Assembly (NCBI RefSeq): GCF_006345805.1
Contig: NC_042998.1
Location: forward strand, 127,038,001 to 127,102,000
Direction: 5' to 3'
Length of the DNA stretch: 64,000 nucleotides
DNA from: Octopus sinensis
Lineage: Eukaryota
The notes below the pieces were generated by a model that saw nothing but the letters and a program-made list of their open reading frames with translations, did no database searches and had not been told where the DNA came from. Positions 39,362 through 54,479 of this stretch are shown here, piece after piece (positions within the stretch are counted from its first letter, which is position 1; the number at the start of each line of letters is the position of its first letter). The position numbers were made by a program, and so were the translations under genes.

Positions 39362-40685
39362 CCAACAACAGCAGCAACAACAACAACAGCAATAGCAACA
39401 ACAACAGCAACGGCAGCAACAAAAGCAACAAAAACAACAACAATGACAAAGAGAATGAAGGAGCTAAGACGCAAACCGCTACAACGGCTTGGAACAGCCT
39501 TTCAGAGTTTTCTTTCGCTGGATTAGCTAGATATTCTCGTCAGAGAATACAATTCTCAGAAGAACTGAGATATGCTAGACAGCTAGTAGAGAGCGATGGA
39601 CTAGCTTCAAAGTTGAATAACTCATCTGAGACAATCCAAACTACGATACGAGCACAGTGACCTACCGTACAATCGGGTTAAAGTCAAGGAGGGTGGAAGA
39701 TCCAGAGCGGCTCAAATACAACAAGCTTTAGGTTCCATCTGAAATCAAAAGAAATATATACAGAGAGGAAAGGCCTATGGAATGGTGGACGCGATCCCAC
39801 ACCGAGAAAGATGTCAAACAAAACTCTCTGATTCCTCTTAAAAGCGAGGAACTGTTGCCAGTCCCTTACTAGTGAGGTCGGAGACTGGCAAGAATTATAA
39901 TTCAGCAGGTGCCGCCAGAAATAACCATTCTTTGGCTAATTGCGGTAGTGATGGTAGACATCGAGGAAAATTCAAAAATCTTTGAAGCCTATCAGGCCAA
40001 AAAGGAAAACTGGTCTGGGATGACCGTAGAACTCCTCATTCAAACAACATAAAAGAATGTGGATCTCATCACAGACCAGATCCTTCTTCCTGGAGGCAAT
40101 ATAATTCCCATCAAGGCTGATGGAAGAAAAGCAATGTGCCACCTTTGCTTTTCGCCTAAGCATTTAAAAGTCGACTGCCGCAAACAAAATGAAAAAGAGA
40201 GACGGACACCTCTCCTCTCTACACCCACAACGGCTACCAGAACTCCAAAGACAACAGCAGCAGCACCATCATCATCATCAGATTCAGCTGTAGTACCACC
40301 AACACCAACAACCATACCGACAAAGAGTTTGCCGAAACACTTCTCAGCGCCGAAAATGTTCTGCTTCCCGATGCAGAGCGGGTGGACATCACAGGTGGAG
40401 AGACGGGCAGCATTGAAGATTGGCAGTTAAAAAAAGAAGAAAACTAAGTAAAAGAGATATAAAGAAAAATAAACATATGGACAACAAAACAACAATCCTT
40501 ATCCACACAAGAAGTGGAAAGGGAAAAAAAATCAAAACCACAAACGCGTAAAATAAACAGAGGATCGACACCTGAAACTCATGCCTGAAACACAAGCCAT
40601 TTCACTCACGCAGTAACAACAACAACAACACAACAACAACAACAACAACAACAACAATCATCGCAACAGCAACAACAACAACAAC

Positions 40686-40718
<33 letters not shown>

Positions 40719-41972
40719 CCAACAACAGCAGCAACAACAACAACAGCAATAGCAACAACAACAGCAACGGCAGCAACAAAAGCAACAAAAACAACAACAA
40801 TGACAAAGAGAATGAAGGAGCTAAGACGCAAACCGCTACAACGGCTTGGAACAGCCTTTCAGAGTTTTCTTTCGCTGGATTAGCTAGATATTCTCGTCAG
40901 AGAATACAATTCTCAGAAGAACTGAGATATGCTAGACAGCTAGTAGAGAGCGATGGACTAGCTTCAAAGTTGAATAACTCATCTGAGACAATCCAAGCTA
41001 CGATACGAGCACAGTGACCTACCGTACAATCGGGTTAAAGTCAAGGAGGGTGGAAGATCCAGAGCGGCTCAAATACAACAAGCTTTAGGTTCCATCTGGA
41101 ATCAAAAGAAATATATACAGAGAGGAAAGGCCTATGGAATGGTGGACGCGATCCCACACCGAGAAAGATGTCAAACAAAACTCTCTGATTCCTCTTAAAA
41201 GCGAGGAACTGTTGCCAGTCCCTTACTAGTGAGGTCGGAGACTGGCAAGAATTATAATTCAGCAGGTGCCGCCAGAAATAACCATTCTTTGGCTAATTGC
41301 GGTAGTGATGGTAGACATCGAGGAAAATTCAAAAATCTTTGAAGCCTATCAGGCCAAAAAGGAAAACTGGTCTGGGATGACCGTAGAACTCCTCATTCAA
41401 ACAACATAAAAGAATGTGGATCTCATCACAGACCATATCCTTCTTCCTGGAGGCAATATAATTCCCATCAAGGCTGATGGAAGAAAAGCAATGTGCCACC
41501 TTTGCTTTTCGCCTAAGCATTTTAAAGTCGACTGCCGCAAACAAAATGAAAAAGAGAGACGGACACCTCTCCTCTCTACACCCACAACGGCTACCAGAAC
41601 TCCAAAGACAACAGCAGCAGCACCATCATCATCATCAGATTCAGCTGTAGTACCACCAACACCAACAACCATACCGACAAAGAGTTTGCCGAAACACTTC
41701 TCAGCGCCCGAAAATGTTCTGCTTCCCGATGCAGAGCGGGTGGACATCACAGGTGGAGAGACGGGCAGCATTGAAGATTGGCAGTTAAAAAAAGAAGAAA
41801 ACTAAGTAAAAGAGATATAAAGAAAAATAAACATATGGACAACAAAACAACAATCCTTATCCACACAAGAAGTGGAAAGGGAAAAAAAATCAAAACCACA
41901 AACGCGTAAAATAAACAGAGGATCGACACCTGAAACTCATGCCTGAAACACAAGCCATTTCACTCACGCAGT

Positions 41973-42005
<33 letters not shown>

Positions 42006-42350
42006 CATCGCAACAGCAACAACAACAACAACAACAAACGCAAATTAAAGACTAACATTACGAACTACATGGTAATAAACTCAAAAAACGATGAATAATG
42101 AAATATATAACACGCGCAAACATTACGCCAAAAGATTTTGTCACACCCTCATTCTCCCTACCTGCACACGTAAAAATCATTCAAACAACACAAACATGTA
42201 CACATACACTTAAAAACCCATTTCCCCACAGGAAATCGGAGATTTTCGAGGGAATATCACCAAGAGAATTCTTGGTGATTTGCTGTTGGAAACACCCCAA
42301 GCCAACAGGATGGACAGGCGATCCGCTCCTCCGAACAAAACCAAGTAAGT
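39230..42350 (+). pseudogene. ORF1 (gag-like) with a zinc knuckle, present twice
   Basis: CHLCFSPKHLKVDC and CHLCFSPKHFKVDC (Cx2Cx4Hx4C) in ORFs 40059-40430 and 41416-41805; N-terminal poly-Asn; shared stops and frameshifts. Confidence 0.8.
39335..42040 (+). repeat. Tandem duplication with a 1357-bp period, bounded by (CAA)n tracts
   Basis: Matching ORF starts at 40059 and 41416; I found 4 substitutions and 1 indel outside the CAA tracts. Confidence 0.95.
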
Positions 42351-42383
42351 CTTCCCTTTATTTTCTTCTCTTTTTCCGACAAC

Positions 42384-44975
42384 ATGGTCGTGGACAAAAT
42401 AAGCAGCGTAAATGTTCGTAGCCTGGGGCCACCTTCGAAGCCGGGTCGCCAGCTTAACGACCTATGGGAACTGAATGTTGACGTTGTGACTATTAGCGAA
42501 ACCAGAATTCCCGACTCACAGATCTTCCAACCTATTTTCGGTGACTATGAGATGTACGCATCTCCAAGTCGTCCGGGAGCGAGTGGCAGAGTCGCCGTGA
42601 TAATTCAGGAAAATCTGGGTTTTGTAACATGGACGATATTTTCGGATCCGGAAGGTAAGTCGGTGGTCCTGGACGTGACAGACAACGAAGAACATACTTT
42701 TAGGGAAGTTGCCGTCTATGCCTCGACAAGAGCAGGACGACCAGATTTCTTCAGATCCCTGGAAAATTTCCTGGGAACATCCTGCTCTTTAATATTAGTG
42801 GGGAATTGGAATGGAGTTTTAGATGTAAAGTGGGACTGTGTAGGTTTAGCAGATAGGAGAGGAGGATGCAAAAGCTTCGCAAACCTGCTCAGACGATTCC
42901 AAGTGTCTGACAGGTATCGACTGGATTTCCTGGATGTGCCAGTGTGGACCTGGTCAAACCGCATCGGGTCATCCAGTTCGTATCTAGATAGGGTATTTTG
43001 TAGAGTAGCAGAAACGGATAGCATAGGTTGTCCACAGTTTAAAGTAGTCGCCTATACAGACCACAAATTCTTGATCTGAACAGTTGACTTAGGTTTCATA
43101 GACAGGGACCCGGTTACTGGAAACTGAACACGTCGTTGCCGGCACGTGAAGATTTCAGAAACCTGATTAGTGAACTAGTTAAGAGGGTGTTGACGGGGCA
43201 ATAATCAACAACAAATGGTAGTTCGGCCTTGAAAGAGCGATTAGAATAGAATCGATAAGTGTTAACAAAGGACTAGCAGTAGAACGAAATAGTGTAGAGA
43301 CAGAGCTAGTCAAGTTAGACGACGCTTTTAGAAAAGGCATCACGACCGACGTACTTGCAGTGAGATTGGTACTCGACCAATTCTTCAACGCGAAACACGA
43401 AGGTTGCGTTCTCAGAGCTAAGGCCCGAGCACTTAGACGCGAAGAGACGAAAGCCGTTCAATGGGCCTGAGTGGCAGAGGCACGACGTAGCAATAACTCC
43501 GTATCGAACCACGAAGGGCAAATGATAACTGATCAGAGACAGGTGTGGGAGGCCTTTCAGCGGCGCTTCGCTCAACTGTTCGGGAACAGCGGCGAACCGG
43601 GTCGCAGGATGAATTTCACGTCCTACCTCGTCGTGTTGCCGCAGCTCTCAGCGACGGTGGTGGAGCGTTGCGAAAGGCAGATAACAGCCTTTGAAATACG
43701 AGACGTAATGGTTAGCTGGACGAGTCGTAAATCGCCTGGTTTGGATGGTCTGCACTACGAGCTTTAGGCTTACATGCCAGACTTATTCGGTGATCTCTCA
43801 GCAAATGTTTACTGCAACTATCAACAGAATGGGAAAATTCCTAGTTTTGTGAGCCGAGGATCAGTGGCTTGCTGAGAAAAGACTTGTTTTGACAACTTTA
43901 GTACCATAACTCTGCTGAATGCAGAGTTCAAAATTTTTGCCAAGGTATGTGTTACTAGGTTTACGCTTATCGTCAGGGATCTGGTAGGAGAGACACAGAC
44001 ATGTGCCATTCCGAAAAGATCCATCCACGACAACCTCCACTTTATGCGATACATCATTGAATGAGTGGCTAAATAATCTGGCACCGATGAGGCCCTGATC
44101 AATTTAGATCTGTCTAAAGCTTTCGATAGGGTTGACATCTATACCTGGCGGCGGTCTTCAAGGCAGCTATTTTCGGACCTGTATTCAAAGGCTGGATCGC
44201 TGCAATGCACAGCAACATATGTTGAATGTTCAGAGTGAAAGGTCACCTCTCAGAGTCGTCCAACATCATGCGATCCGTTCGGCAAGATTGTCCCCTCTCG
44301 ACTCACTTGTACGTACTGACTCTCGAACCACAACTACACAAACTGGAAGCGTTGAGAGGCATCCCGTGTGACCTAGGACGTGGGAGATGCGTCTCGACAT
44401 ATGCCGACGATGTCACCGCATTGGTGTAGGATCATAAACACATAGAAATTATCGGCACCACTTTCAGGGACTACAAGGTGGTTTCAGGAGCGACAATTAA
44501 CCAGGAAAAAATCAGTGGGCTTACTGCTCGACACGTGGAGAAGCAAGTCCATGCCTTCCAACTGTGTCATTGGGCGCTGGAAGGTCGGAACGGTTAAATT
44601 GCTCGGGGTCTAGTTCGGTCCGGACTTTCAAATGGACAAAAACTGGAACGAGGTAAAGAGCAGGGTGACTACTCCCATCCAGACATGGACCGAGAAAAAG
44701 CTCTCCTTGACAGGTCGAGAAGAGGTAGCTAACATGTATATCGCGTCCGTCATCTACTATCGCTTGACCGTCGTGCCTTGTCCTAGCCACCGTCTGATTG
44801 CGCTGAAGCGTATACTCTTCCACTTCTTGTGGAAGGTACGCGTCATGATGGTCAAGCGGTCTATCTGCTGTCAGCACCCGCCGCGTGGTGGACTGAGCAT
44901 GTCGTGGTTGATGATGCGCAGACATGCGCTGAGGCTACGGCATCTCCAGTTCTTCCTTGACAGTGAACAGATGAG
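42384..44975 (+). pseudogene. ORF2: APE endonuclease plus reverse transcriptase
   Basis: SVNVRSL, ISETR, VGNWN, SYLDRVF, YTDHK; GPGYWKLN, KSPGLDGL, ITLLNAEFKI, LDLSKAFDR, VRQDCPLS, YADDVT, GGLSM; many stops and frameshifts after 43079. Confidence 0.93.
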
Positions 44976-46066
44976 CACAACATCATTACCACTAGCCCTC
45001 GATTCTTTACACTCACAAACACAAACACATACAAAAAGACTCACGCATATACACATAATGTTGTTTATCTTGTTTCAAAGTATATATATTGATTCTATAG
45101 ACTGCATAGCAGATGTTGCTGAATCTGTCAACATTTGGTGATCATGTCTACTGAGTGAATAGCAATCGAATGTAACTTGACAGCAGCGCCAGTCGATATC
45201 ACACCAATCATCACCTAAACATTGGATATATCTAATGATATTTTACAGGCCACGGATACGAAGAGATAATTAGCTAAAATCAACATTTTGTATTTATTTA
45301 CCCAATCAATATATACAGATTGTAACCATTATGTCAATGTCCATAAACTCCCATAAATTCCGGCTCCATGGCCAGCATCACTTGCTTAAGTCTATCCAGC
45401 CAACATGTATTAACTTGTCTTCATCAGAATTTATCTGGAGAGTAAACACACGCAAACTATGCAGATTAGACTGTGTATCAGACAAATATTTTTTTGCTGT
45501 GTAAACATCTGCGTGTGTGTGTGTCAGTGTGTGTGCGTGCGTGCGTGCGTACGTGTATGTGTGTGTGTGTGCGTGTGAGTGCATGCTTGTATGTATGTCT
45601 ATATTCATCAGCTACTGTTTGTATCTATAACTCATATCTTGATAGTACATAAAACAAAGGCATAAGAAAACACTGCATTGTCTTCGATGCCTTCATTATT
45701 TCGATAAGAGATTAAATACACTCCGATTATTAATATGATAACGTTGAAGTTCCCACTTGACCGATGTTTCGATGAGACGGATATTAATACAGCTCTGAAT
45801 CTCTTTCTCCTAACACTCTTCTTCATTAATTTTCTTTTTCTTTCTTGTTTATTCGTCGATTCTTCCAATTTGTGCTTTCTCTCTACTTTATTTTCTCTAG
45901 TTTCATTTGCATTCTTTTCTCTTTCTCAATTTTTATTTATTGTGTTTATGTTTTATGTTTTATATATTTCCTTTTTCACTTCTTTTACATTTTTAAATCT
46001 TTCAGTGGATAGTTAGCCGCTTCTTTATAATCATCCGAAACTCATCAAAGACTTTCACTTCAAAAT

Positions 46067-46163
<97 letters not shown>

Positions 46164-47219
46164 TAGAATAGCTACATTTGCGCATGCACAGGCATTCATG
46201 CGTCCGCTTATAGAGAAACACACACTAAGACATACATGCTGGCAATATGCTGACATACACACGAAATCATTTCTCGCTCCTCCCTAATCTCCAACTCCAG
46301 CACCAAAGCAAGAAAAACAATTTTTAATATGAGAATAATGCTAGCGTAGCTTTAACAGTAGTCACAGCAGAGACGACAATGAGTCCACAACGATGATGAC
46401 CGCGATCAGCACGGCAACGTCTACGACGACAGACAATGATAGCTACGTCAAGCCATCGTCAAAACAATAACTGCAAAACATTTATGGTTGTTATTATTGA
46501 TGAACAAGACAGTGACTTTTAAACAAAAATCAATTTCCAATGTTGGAAAGTCATATGAAACCGCACCATCACTCTTATAACCGTTACCACCACCATCATC
46601 ATCACTATCACCATCACCATCAACACTAACCGTTTGATATTTACAAAGTATTTTATATGTGAGTTATAGCTATATGTTAGTGAGCGAAGTGAAGGCAGAA
46701 AATGTGCTATATGTTTTTGAAAATTTCGCTGCATGGCTTAGATAGTGCCTGGGGTTACTTCTCAAATATTTCAGACAAGCTCATACCAATATCTAATATA
46801 AACAAAAATAAATAATTTGATGAATCTCGTATTATTCCTCAATACCAAATTTTACTCAGCGTTTAGATTCAACGCGATTATAGTAGATAGTTACTAGTCA
46901 GTAACTAAGGTGTTAAGGAGTGGAAGTAAAACCGAACAGCTCATGGTTGTAAAGTGGATCTTTCAGCTATAATATATGCAGGCACATAGCGTTATATGCT
47001 TGTAGACGAAACAGACTAGAATGATAGGAACGATTCACAACGGAGGCGAATTCTAATTTCGAAACGAAAATGTATCAAAATCATAAAAACGTTGTCTTTT
47101 ATCCTTTGGAGAGTGATAAAAAGGTATTAATTTTGTGCAGTGTGTGCATGTGTATATGTGTGCGTAAGTGTGTGTGTGTGTGCATATGTGCAAGTGTGGA
47201 AATATATATATATATATAT

Positions 47220-47365
47220 TTAGTCGAAAAGAATCAACCCCAGGACTTATTCTTTGTAAACTTAGTACTTATTCTATCGTTACAGGGATCTAAACACACC
47301 ATCGGTTGTCAAGCGATGGTGCAGGGACAAACACAGACTTACAAACATATAATATATACATACAT

Positions 47366-47439
<74 letters not shown>

Positions 47440-47605
47440 TCAACGAGCTTCTTTCAGTTTCCGCCTACCAACTCCACTGACAAGGTTTTGGTCGACCAGA
47501 GGATATAGCAAAAGCCACGTGTCTAAGGTGCCACGCAGTGGGACTGAACCCGGAACCATGCGGTTGGGAAGCAACCTTCTTACCACACAGCCACGCCTGT
47601 GCCTA
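47220..47605 (-). mobile_element. SINE family S1
   Basis: Reverse complement of 14327-14650, with an internal (TA)n tract. Confidence 0.88.
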
Positions 47606-48184
47606 TAAATATATGCATACACACACGCACACACACACACACACATATATGCATATATATATGTGTGTGTTTATGTATATATGTGAATATATACCCTTTT
47701 TAAAAACTGTATAACGCTTTAGGCACAACACCTGCTTTTATATAGCTATGTTTGTGCATGCTCTCTTGTCAAATAAATCTTTCTTGTAATAGGGTTCTTT
47801 TTTTGCAATTTATGAATGAGTCCTGGTGGAAGGTAGAATGAAAAGATTAATACAATTAGATTTATCATAGGCGGAGAGCTGGCAGAAATCGTAGGAATGT
47901 CGAAAAGATACGTAACAAACTTTTATGCCTCTTTATATTCACAAATTCAGTCTTGCCGATGTTAACACCGTCTTTCATCTCGCCAGAGTACATGGATCAA
48001 TATTGTTGACTCACCCTCTCTTCTTAAAGTAGCTAGCCTTGTGCCTAAATTAGAAAGCAATACTGTTTTCATAGTAATTAACTCCGTCATTGCCAGCGAC
48101 AGCAGAAACAAATAGTTTAAGATGATAACAGGTATTAAATAAACATTGACTCGTTCTTGCAACCAAAACTGGAAACTGGCAAAA

Positions 48185-48420
48185 CTGATCAGCGCTGGTA
48201 GAAACGCTAGCACGCCAGGCGAAATGCTTAGCGGTATTTCGTCTGCCGCTACGTTCTGAGTTCAAATTCCGCCGAGGTCGACTTTGCTTTTCATCCTTTC
48301 GGGGTCGATTAAATAAGTATAAGTTACACACTGGGGTCGATATAATCAACTTAATCCGTTTGTCTGTCCTTGTTCGCCCTCTCTGTGTTTAGCCCCTTGT
48401 AGGTAGTAAAGAAATAGGTA
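48185..48420 (+). mobile_element. SINE family S2
   Basis: tRNA-like head with B box GAGTTCAAATTCC, core gtcgactttgcttttcatcctttcggggtcgat, A-rich end. Confidence 0.88.
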
Positions 48421-49379
48421 TTTAATGCTACACGACTTGTAACACCCCTTGCACTAAACACACACATACACACACACACACACACACGCGCGCGTACACA
48501 CACACACACATACACACACACAAGTACAAATATAAATTCCCCGAAATGTTCTTAATTTGCTGAGTCTGGAGGACGGGACATCATTCATGACTTTCGTGGA
48601 CACCCCAAGATCAATGAGATTTAGGCCGCTAATGTTCCACTTAAATTGATACAATTCGATAGCCGCAGGAGCGACATGAGCAAGATGATTCTAGGAAAAC
48701 GTTATCTCTAAACAGGGAAAGAAAGCTATTGTATGCGAGTGAGTAAAGGAAGCAGAGCATTCGCCGACATCCTGAACCTATGAACCGAGTTTCCTTCCCC
48801 TTTTTAAACGTTCACTTATTTCAACTATCCAAATGGATATGGTATACGCGAAAATGCTCAAAATGTTTAAGTCAATTGAGGCGGGGATCACGAGTCAATA
48901 GACTCCCGCTGTTCTTTAATGATCACACAATAGACATTTTATTCCCAAGAGATAGATATATATCTGATCTATAAAGTAAATGGTCATTATATCACAATAT
49001 CTATTTCAATACGCTAAAAGTACATACACACACACATACACGTATGATGAATATATATATATATATATATATACACATTTATGTACTATGTTTATAAATA
49101 TGTATGTATGTATGTATGTGTGTGTATGTATGCATATATATATATATATATGTTTGTGCGTATATATATGTATATATACACATCTATATGTCTATATTTA
49201 TATACATATATATATATAAATATATGTATATATGTGTATATATGCGTATATATATATGTATATATGTATATATGTGTATATATATATATGTATATATATA
49301 TACATATATATATATATGTATATGTATATATTACTATTTGACACTTTTACTCGTTTCAGCTATGTAGCACTGTGGTTTT

Positions 49380-49690
49380 GCTGATTTCCTCAGTTTAGGG
49401 TGTTTCTCTCACTTGTTGCCCCATTTGCTGTATAGGGGAGTTTGATTCCGCTGCCCTCGTCTGTACCGCATGGTGGGCTGTTGCTTCATTTGGTATTGTG
49501 GAGAGGAGGATGCTTGAAGGCATCTACTTGCACCTTATGCAGATTTCTTAATTTTTGTGACAGAGCATTGAAGGGCTGCGGGCCTTTGAGTCCCTGAACC
49601 CCAAGCTATTGCAGTACCTGGTTCTGAATTTAGATGGAGTGGATCGTACCTTTGATACAATACAACGACGGCCGGTTCTAGCATTTGTAT
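49380..49690 (-). pseudogene. CR1/L2-type LINE ORF2 C-terminus and 3' end
   Basis: RTGRRCIVSKVRSTPSKFRTRYCNSLGFR...LSTIPNE...RAAESNS resembles the NSL..RGP.LFN..P / FL..IPDEP tail of these LINEs. Confidence 0.65.
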
Positions 49691-51912
49691 AACACACTCT
49701 CTCTCTCTCTATATATGTATATGTATATATATATGCACACATACATACATTTCTATGTATTTACTTACACACAGACACGCGCGCGCCAGCACACACGCAC
49801 GTGTGTACACATGCATACTGAGAAAGCTAAGGTTGCACACCAATAAATTCCTCCATGATTATCTTCTCAAACCATTTTATTTTTCATTTTTCCATATCCC
49901 GTCTGAGTATGTGTGAGTGTACGTGTCCTTGCGTGTATACGTCATATTTTGTCTGAGAGTCGAATATAATATTGCACAAACTAATCCTCGTTCATTAGAT
50001 TGTAGCCGTCTCTGATTGCTTGACCGTTGATGAGTATCTCTACCGATCAGTAGTTTGCTTTTGTCAGAATATATTATAGCCCAGGGAAATACGTCTATTC
50101 TACTATTCCTGTATTATCTTGATACAAACTATGATATTTGTTCTGAGTACTTGAACGTGTAATTAAACCCAGAGGTTGTATGCATATGCATGTGTATGTG
50201 CGTGAATGAGAGAGAGAAAGATGAAGAAAGAGAGAAAGAGAGGAGAGACTGAGAGATATAGGGGAGAGAGGGGGAGAGATAAAGGAAGGGAGAGGGAAAG
50301 AAAGGGAATAAGAGAAAGAGAGAGAGAATGTGTTTAAGTATGTTGGCTTGACGTGTTCTGTTGAATTTTAGCTTCTCTGTATATAAGCAACATGGGTTCC
50401 GTTAGAAAACTTGTCTCGGAAACATGTTTTATAATATCAATTTCTTAAGTTAATCTGGCAATAGTGCATTTTATTCTTGAAATTACGCGTATTTTTAGCC
50501 TACATCAGTAACAAATGGTAACTGAGAGGTCACAACACCAAAGAACTCTAGAAAGGCATCAACATGCATTAACTGCTAAAATTTCCAAACTACAGTGACA
50601 TTTCACTTTATAAGTAACAGTTAATACAGAAAAAAGATATTTTTTCGTCAGTAGATCAGAACCTATATCGTGCATTTAATTTGTGTTTATAATATTTAAT
50701 AGCTTGTTAATCTGCAGGGAAGCCCATATAGATTTTGTCATTTTGTCATCAAAGTTGGAATCCTACTGAAAACAAATTTATAACTTTCAAATTCATCTCA
50801 ACGTATCAAGTTATGTCAACAGGTCACACGAAAACGATAAAAGTTACGTTGTCAAACCAACTTGCGAATACCGGCTCTTATCGAGAAAGACAGCTGCGAA
50901 AATTGAATAATATCCAATAAATCTGACCCAAATGAATCGAAGTAGGTAAACCACTTTATAAAATGTGCACGTCAAATCACTGCTTGCATGAGGAAATCTT
51001 GCTGAAAAACTGAGCCGAGATAGAATTGAGGAACTAATTTGTATAATCTCTTTCTCTAATATTCAATTTGCCTTTCTTCTACTCAAATTGATTCTGTAAC
51101 AGTACTTATTTTCGACTTCAACGGAAACTAGACATTTCTCCTTTGCATAGAATGAGAATCTATTGCAGTTAACGTACCCGCAAAAAGAATGCAACACATT
51201 ATTGAAATCACAGAAATCGTTTGTTACATACAACTGCAATTAGTTAAACTTTACAATTTAATCGTATCTTGAGCTAAATAAACGGGTTAACAGAGAAAAT
51301 ACCACAGCATCTATTGTAGAAACATACGCTATGCTCTAAACCTATCCTCTGTTACTAAATCAACTCGGTCATTGACGCTGGGAATGTTTAGTGGGCCGTC
51401 ATAATATATATATAGTAACATTTAAACATTAGAATGAGGCTTAAAGAAAAAGATAATGAAATTATCAATATATTGATTTTTAAATGATTCATAAAGGAAA
51501 CTATTAAAATCTATACTGTGTGCAATAAACATAAGTAAAGTTAATATCACAAATTATCTCTTAGTTATGTGAGTATAGCAGTGTGTGGGAGCCGAAAGCT
51601 AATTTTAACTATTTGACAATAATATGAAAACAAAAAAAAAAAATATATATTTGACGTATGCTTATAGAAACAAACTTCAGAACTACGAGAACGCTTTTAT
51701 CTTTTACATTATATTTACTTTACGTCCTTAAGGTATAATTAACCACAATTATCTCTGAGAGATGTGTCGTCGAAATGCTTCAGAGAAACCGGAATATCTA
51801 GTAGTGTCATTGAAAATAATGATGGAGGGGGGATAAAGAGAGGATGAGAGGAGGATGGGAGAGAGAGAGAATGTGGGAAGTAGAGAGAACATAGAGAAGT
51901 GGCGGCAGAGAG

Positions 51913-51962
<50 letters not shown>

Positions 51963-54479
51963 GAGATAGAGATAAATAATGAACAGAATTAAAATGAAAG
52001 GAAAAGATTTGAGTACGTCATCGATAAATCTCTTCAAAATTAATTTTTCCTAGACTATTTCAATAAGAGAAAGAATTTAATTGTTAATTACACATGCGAT
52101 ATTTAATTAAGGAGTAACAGATTTTCAACACGTTAACAAGGTTTCTATTATAATTTTACATTTAACTATTTGAAGAGAGATGCAAGAAAATGGTTTCCTC
52201 TAAACATTCCACATATTGGGTCTCATAGGCATAGTTATAAGATTTTCAACGTTCTCGCCACAGCTATACCCCTACACTTACCATACATACAACCATACAC
52301 TCTCCAATGCAGATATTAATTTACAGTCTCAGACATAAACACACGCGTTACATGCAGACGTTCCCAAATGCCACACAACATTTACCCTTTCACAAACGCA
52401 CACGCTGTATTTAGATATATATACAAGCACAGTATTCCTTAAATTCGTACAGACACTGACAAACACAGGATTCATAAAAATGCACAATACATCAAAATTT
52501 AGTAAATTACAGATGCACTCATAATTACGCAATAAGCCAACAATGTCAGTCGACTTGCTAGAATTAGTTACCTTCAATTCACACACTATTTCCATGGTAG
52601 ATTGTAGATACAATGATCTGTTTGACCAAGATTGATGTGGTCCAAACAATGACAACGACGTATGTAATGCTTATAGATGCAGCACACATCCATACACTGC
52701 ACTTTTGTTCATGCATCCCGAAATATCAAAATCACACAGACGGCTGTGTATGAAGAAAGGAAAGTTCTATTCTTTTATGTATGCTGCGTTATATAGCGAT
52801 TGCAGTCAATCATAAACACCATTGAGTTTTCAGATAATCTTGATTAATATAAATTACAAGGTTGCTTACCTTAGAATTAATCATTAAGATAGTGAAATAC
52901 ACCGCCTCCATTGAAGGGAACTCAATATAAAAATCTTTTTGTATAATTAGCTCGCCCAGGTTACTACTTATAAAACGATGATGCCGTTGTCTTCCAAAAT
53001 ATAGTAAGATTATTTGTGAATTTTAAGAGTAACAACTTAACTTATTTGGTGTAAGCCTAGATTTCAGAAAATTCCGATTGGAAAATGCCTCCCAGAGATA
53101 ACGTAAAGAAACGACCTATTATACAAGGATACAGCGTTGGATGCAGATAAGTTAGTAACCAATGTGAGCCTAGGTTTCAAATTTTTGTATTCTAATGTTC
53201 AAACACAATAAAGAGATAAAAAAATTCGCATAACAGTTACGACCTCTGGGCTTTCCGATGAAATTCTCTAAATATCAATATTTGATGCTTCCAATCCACA
53301 GAACGAATATTTCTTGACTCTTTTATTGATTTATGCCTTCAAGATACATTCTTAAGCGTTAGATATTAAAATAGAACATACACATATATATTCATATTTA
53401 CGCACACGTTAGAAAGAGCAAGTTTTCCTGTACAAAGTTACTATTGCCCAGTTGGTTGGTTTTGTCTTTAATGGTGTTTTCAAGATTAACTATGAACTTT
53501 GAAGGTTTCCGAGATAGGTGAGACCAATGGAATGGAAATTCACCTCCTACACATGTAAATTCAATTACGACTGGAAAACATAATTATGAAGAACTAAATA
53601 AAATCTTACTTCAATTTCAACTCAATTGAAGCTAGTATCCTTACGCGTTAGAATGTATTGTGAATATCTTTAAACACATTCGACTATTTCGCAGGATACA
53701 ACGGAAACAAAATTTCTCGGAGGAACTGAACAATTCAAGAAAGTGAAACATCCAAAATATGGAACAAAAATCAAATATTCTGATGAAGCATTCTGGTGTT
53801 ACTTCAATTTTCGTGATTGGTCGATCAATTAGACGGTCAATAATGAAAAAAGGCTATAATAGACAATTACCAATACAATTATAGACCAAAATAAAACATT
53901 TGTGAAATATGAAGTAGTGGTAAACGGTTTCCGCCAAATGATTATAATTATATTCGGTAATATATATTAATAACTTTATTCCCTTATTCGTTATAAACAA
54001 TAAACACACACATATATACACGAACAGACAAACACACACACAGAAACACACATATATATGCATAACTTTGTAACGAATATATATAAATGGATGTGTGTAT
54101 TTTTCCTCTGTTTACAATTAACACGGAAAAAAATAGATGAAGAGTTACCAGGGCAGCAAAAAATCACGCAAGTAATAAGGACGTAACGGTAACGTTTGTA
54201 AAGGTAGAAACTCCGGGTTGATGTGAAATATTTTGTATAATATATATAAATAAATAAATGGAGTTAAACGTAGGTGTTATTCAAATTCTTTTACTTCTGA
54301 ATCTTGTATGTCTTTCTTTTTCTTTCATTCTTTCATTCTTTCTATCAGTCCATTCATACTTACTTCGTTCATTCCGCTCTTCTTTCTTTCGCTGCCCTTC
54401 TCTCACATTTCGTGGCCTTCCCTTCATTCTCTTTCATTTCAGTCTGTTCCTTTTCTTTTTTCTCGTCCCTCCCTGATTC

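Larger units (their letters stand above)
39180..44975 (+). mobile_element. L1/Tx1-type non-LTR retrotransposon, disabled and 3'-truncated
   Basis: ORF1 with a CCHC knuckle, followed by APE endonuclease and RT; GC content clearly above the flanks. Confidence 0.92.

Noticed and set aside
45750-46070. Weak inverted similarity with GAAAC half-motifs
   Set aside because: Too degenerate; no CUGANGA core on either strand.
48530-48690. Open minus frame NHLAHVAPAAIELYQFKW... after an acceptor-like site
   Set aside because: No convincing donor and no recognisable family; it runs into a CA tract.
53780-53800. CTGATGAAGCA hammerhead-like start
   Set aside because: No stem II partner or GAAA follows.
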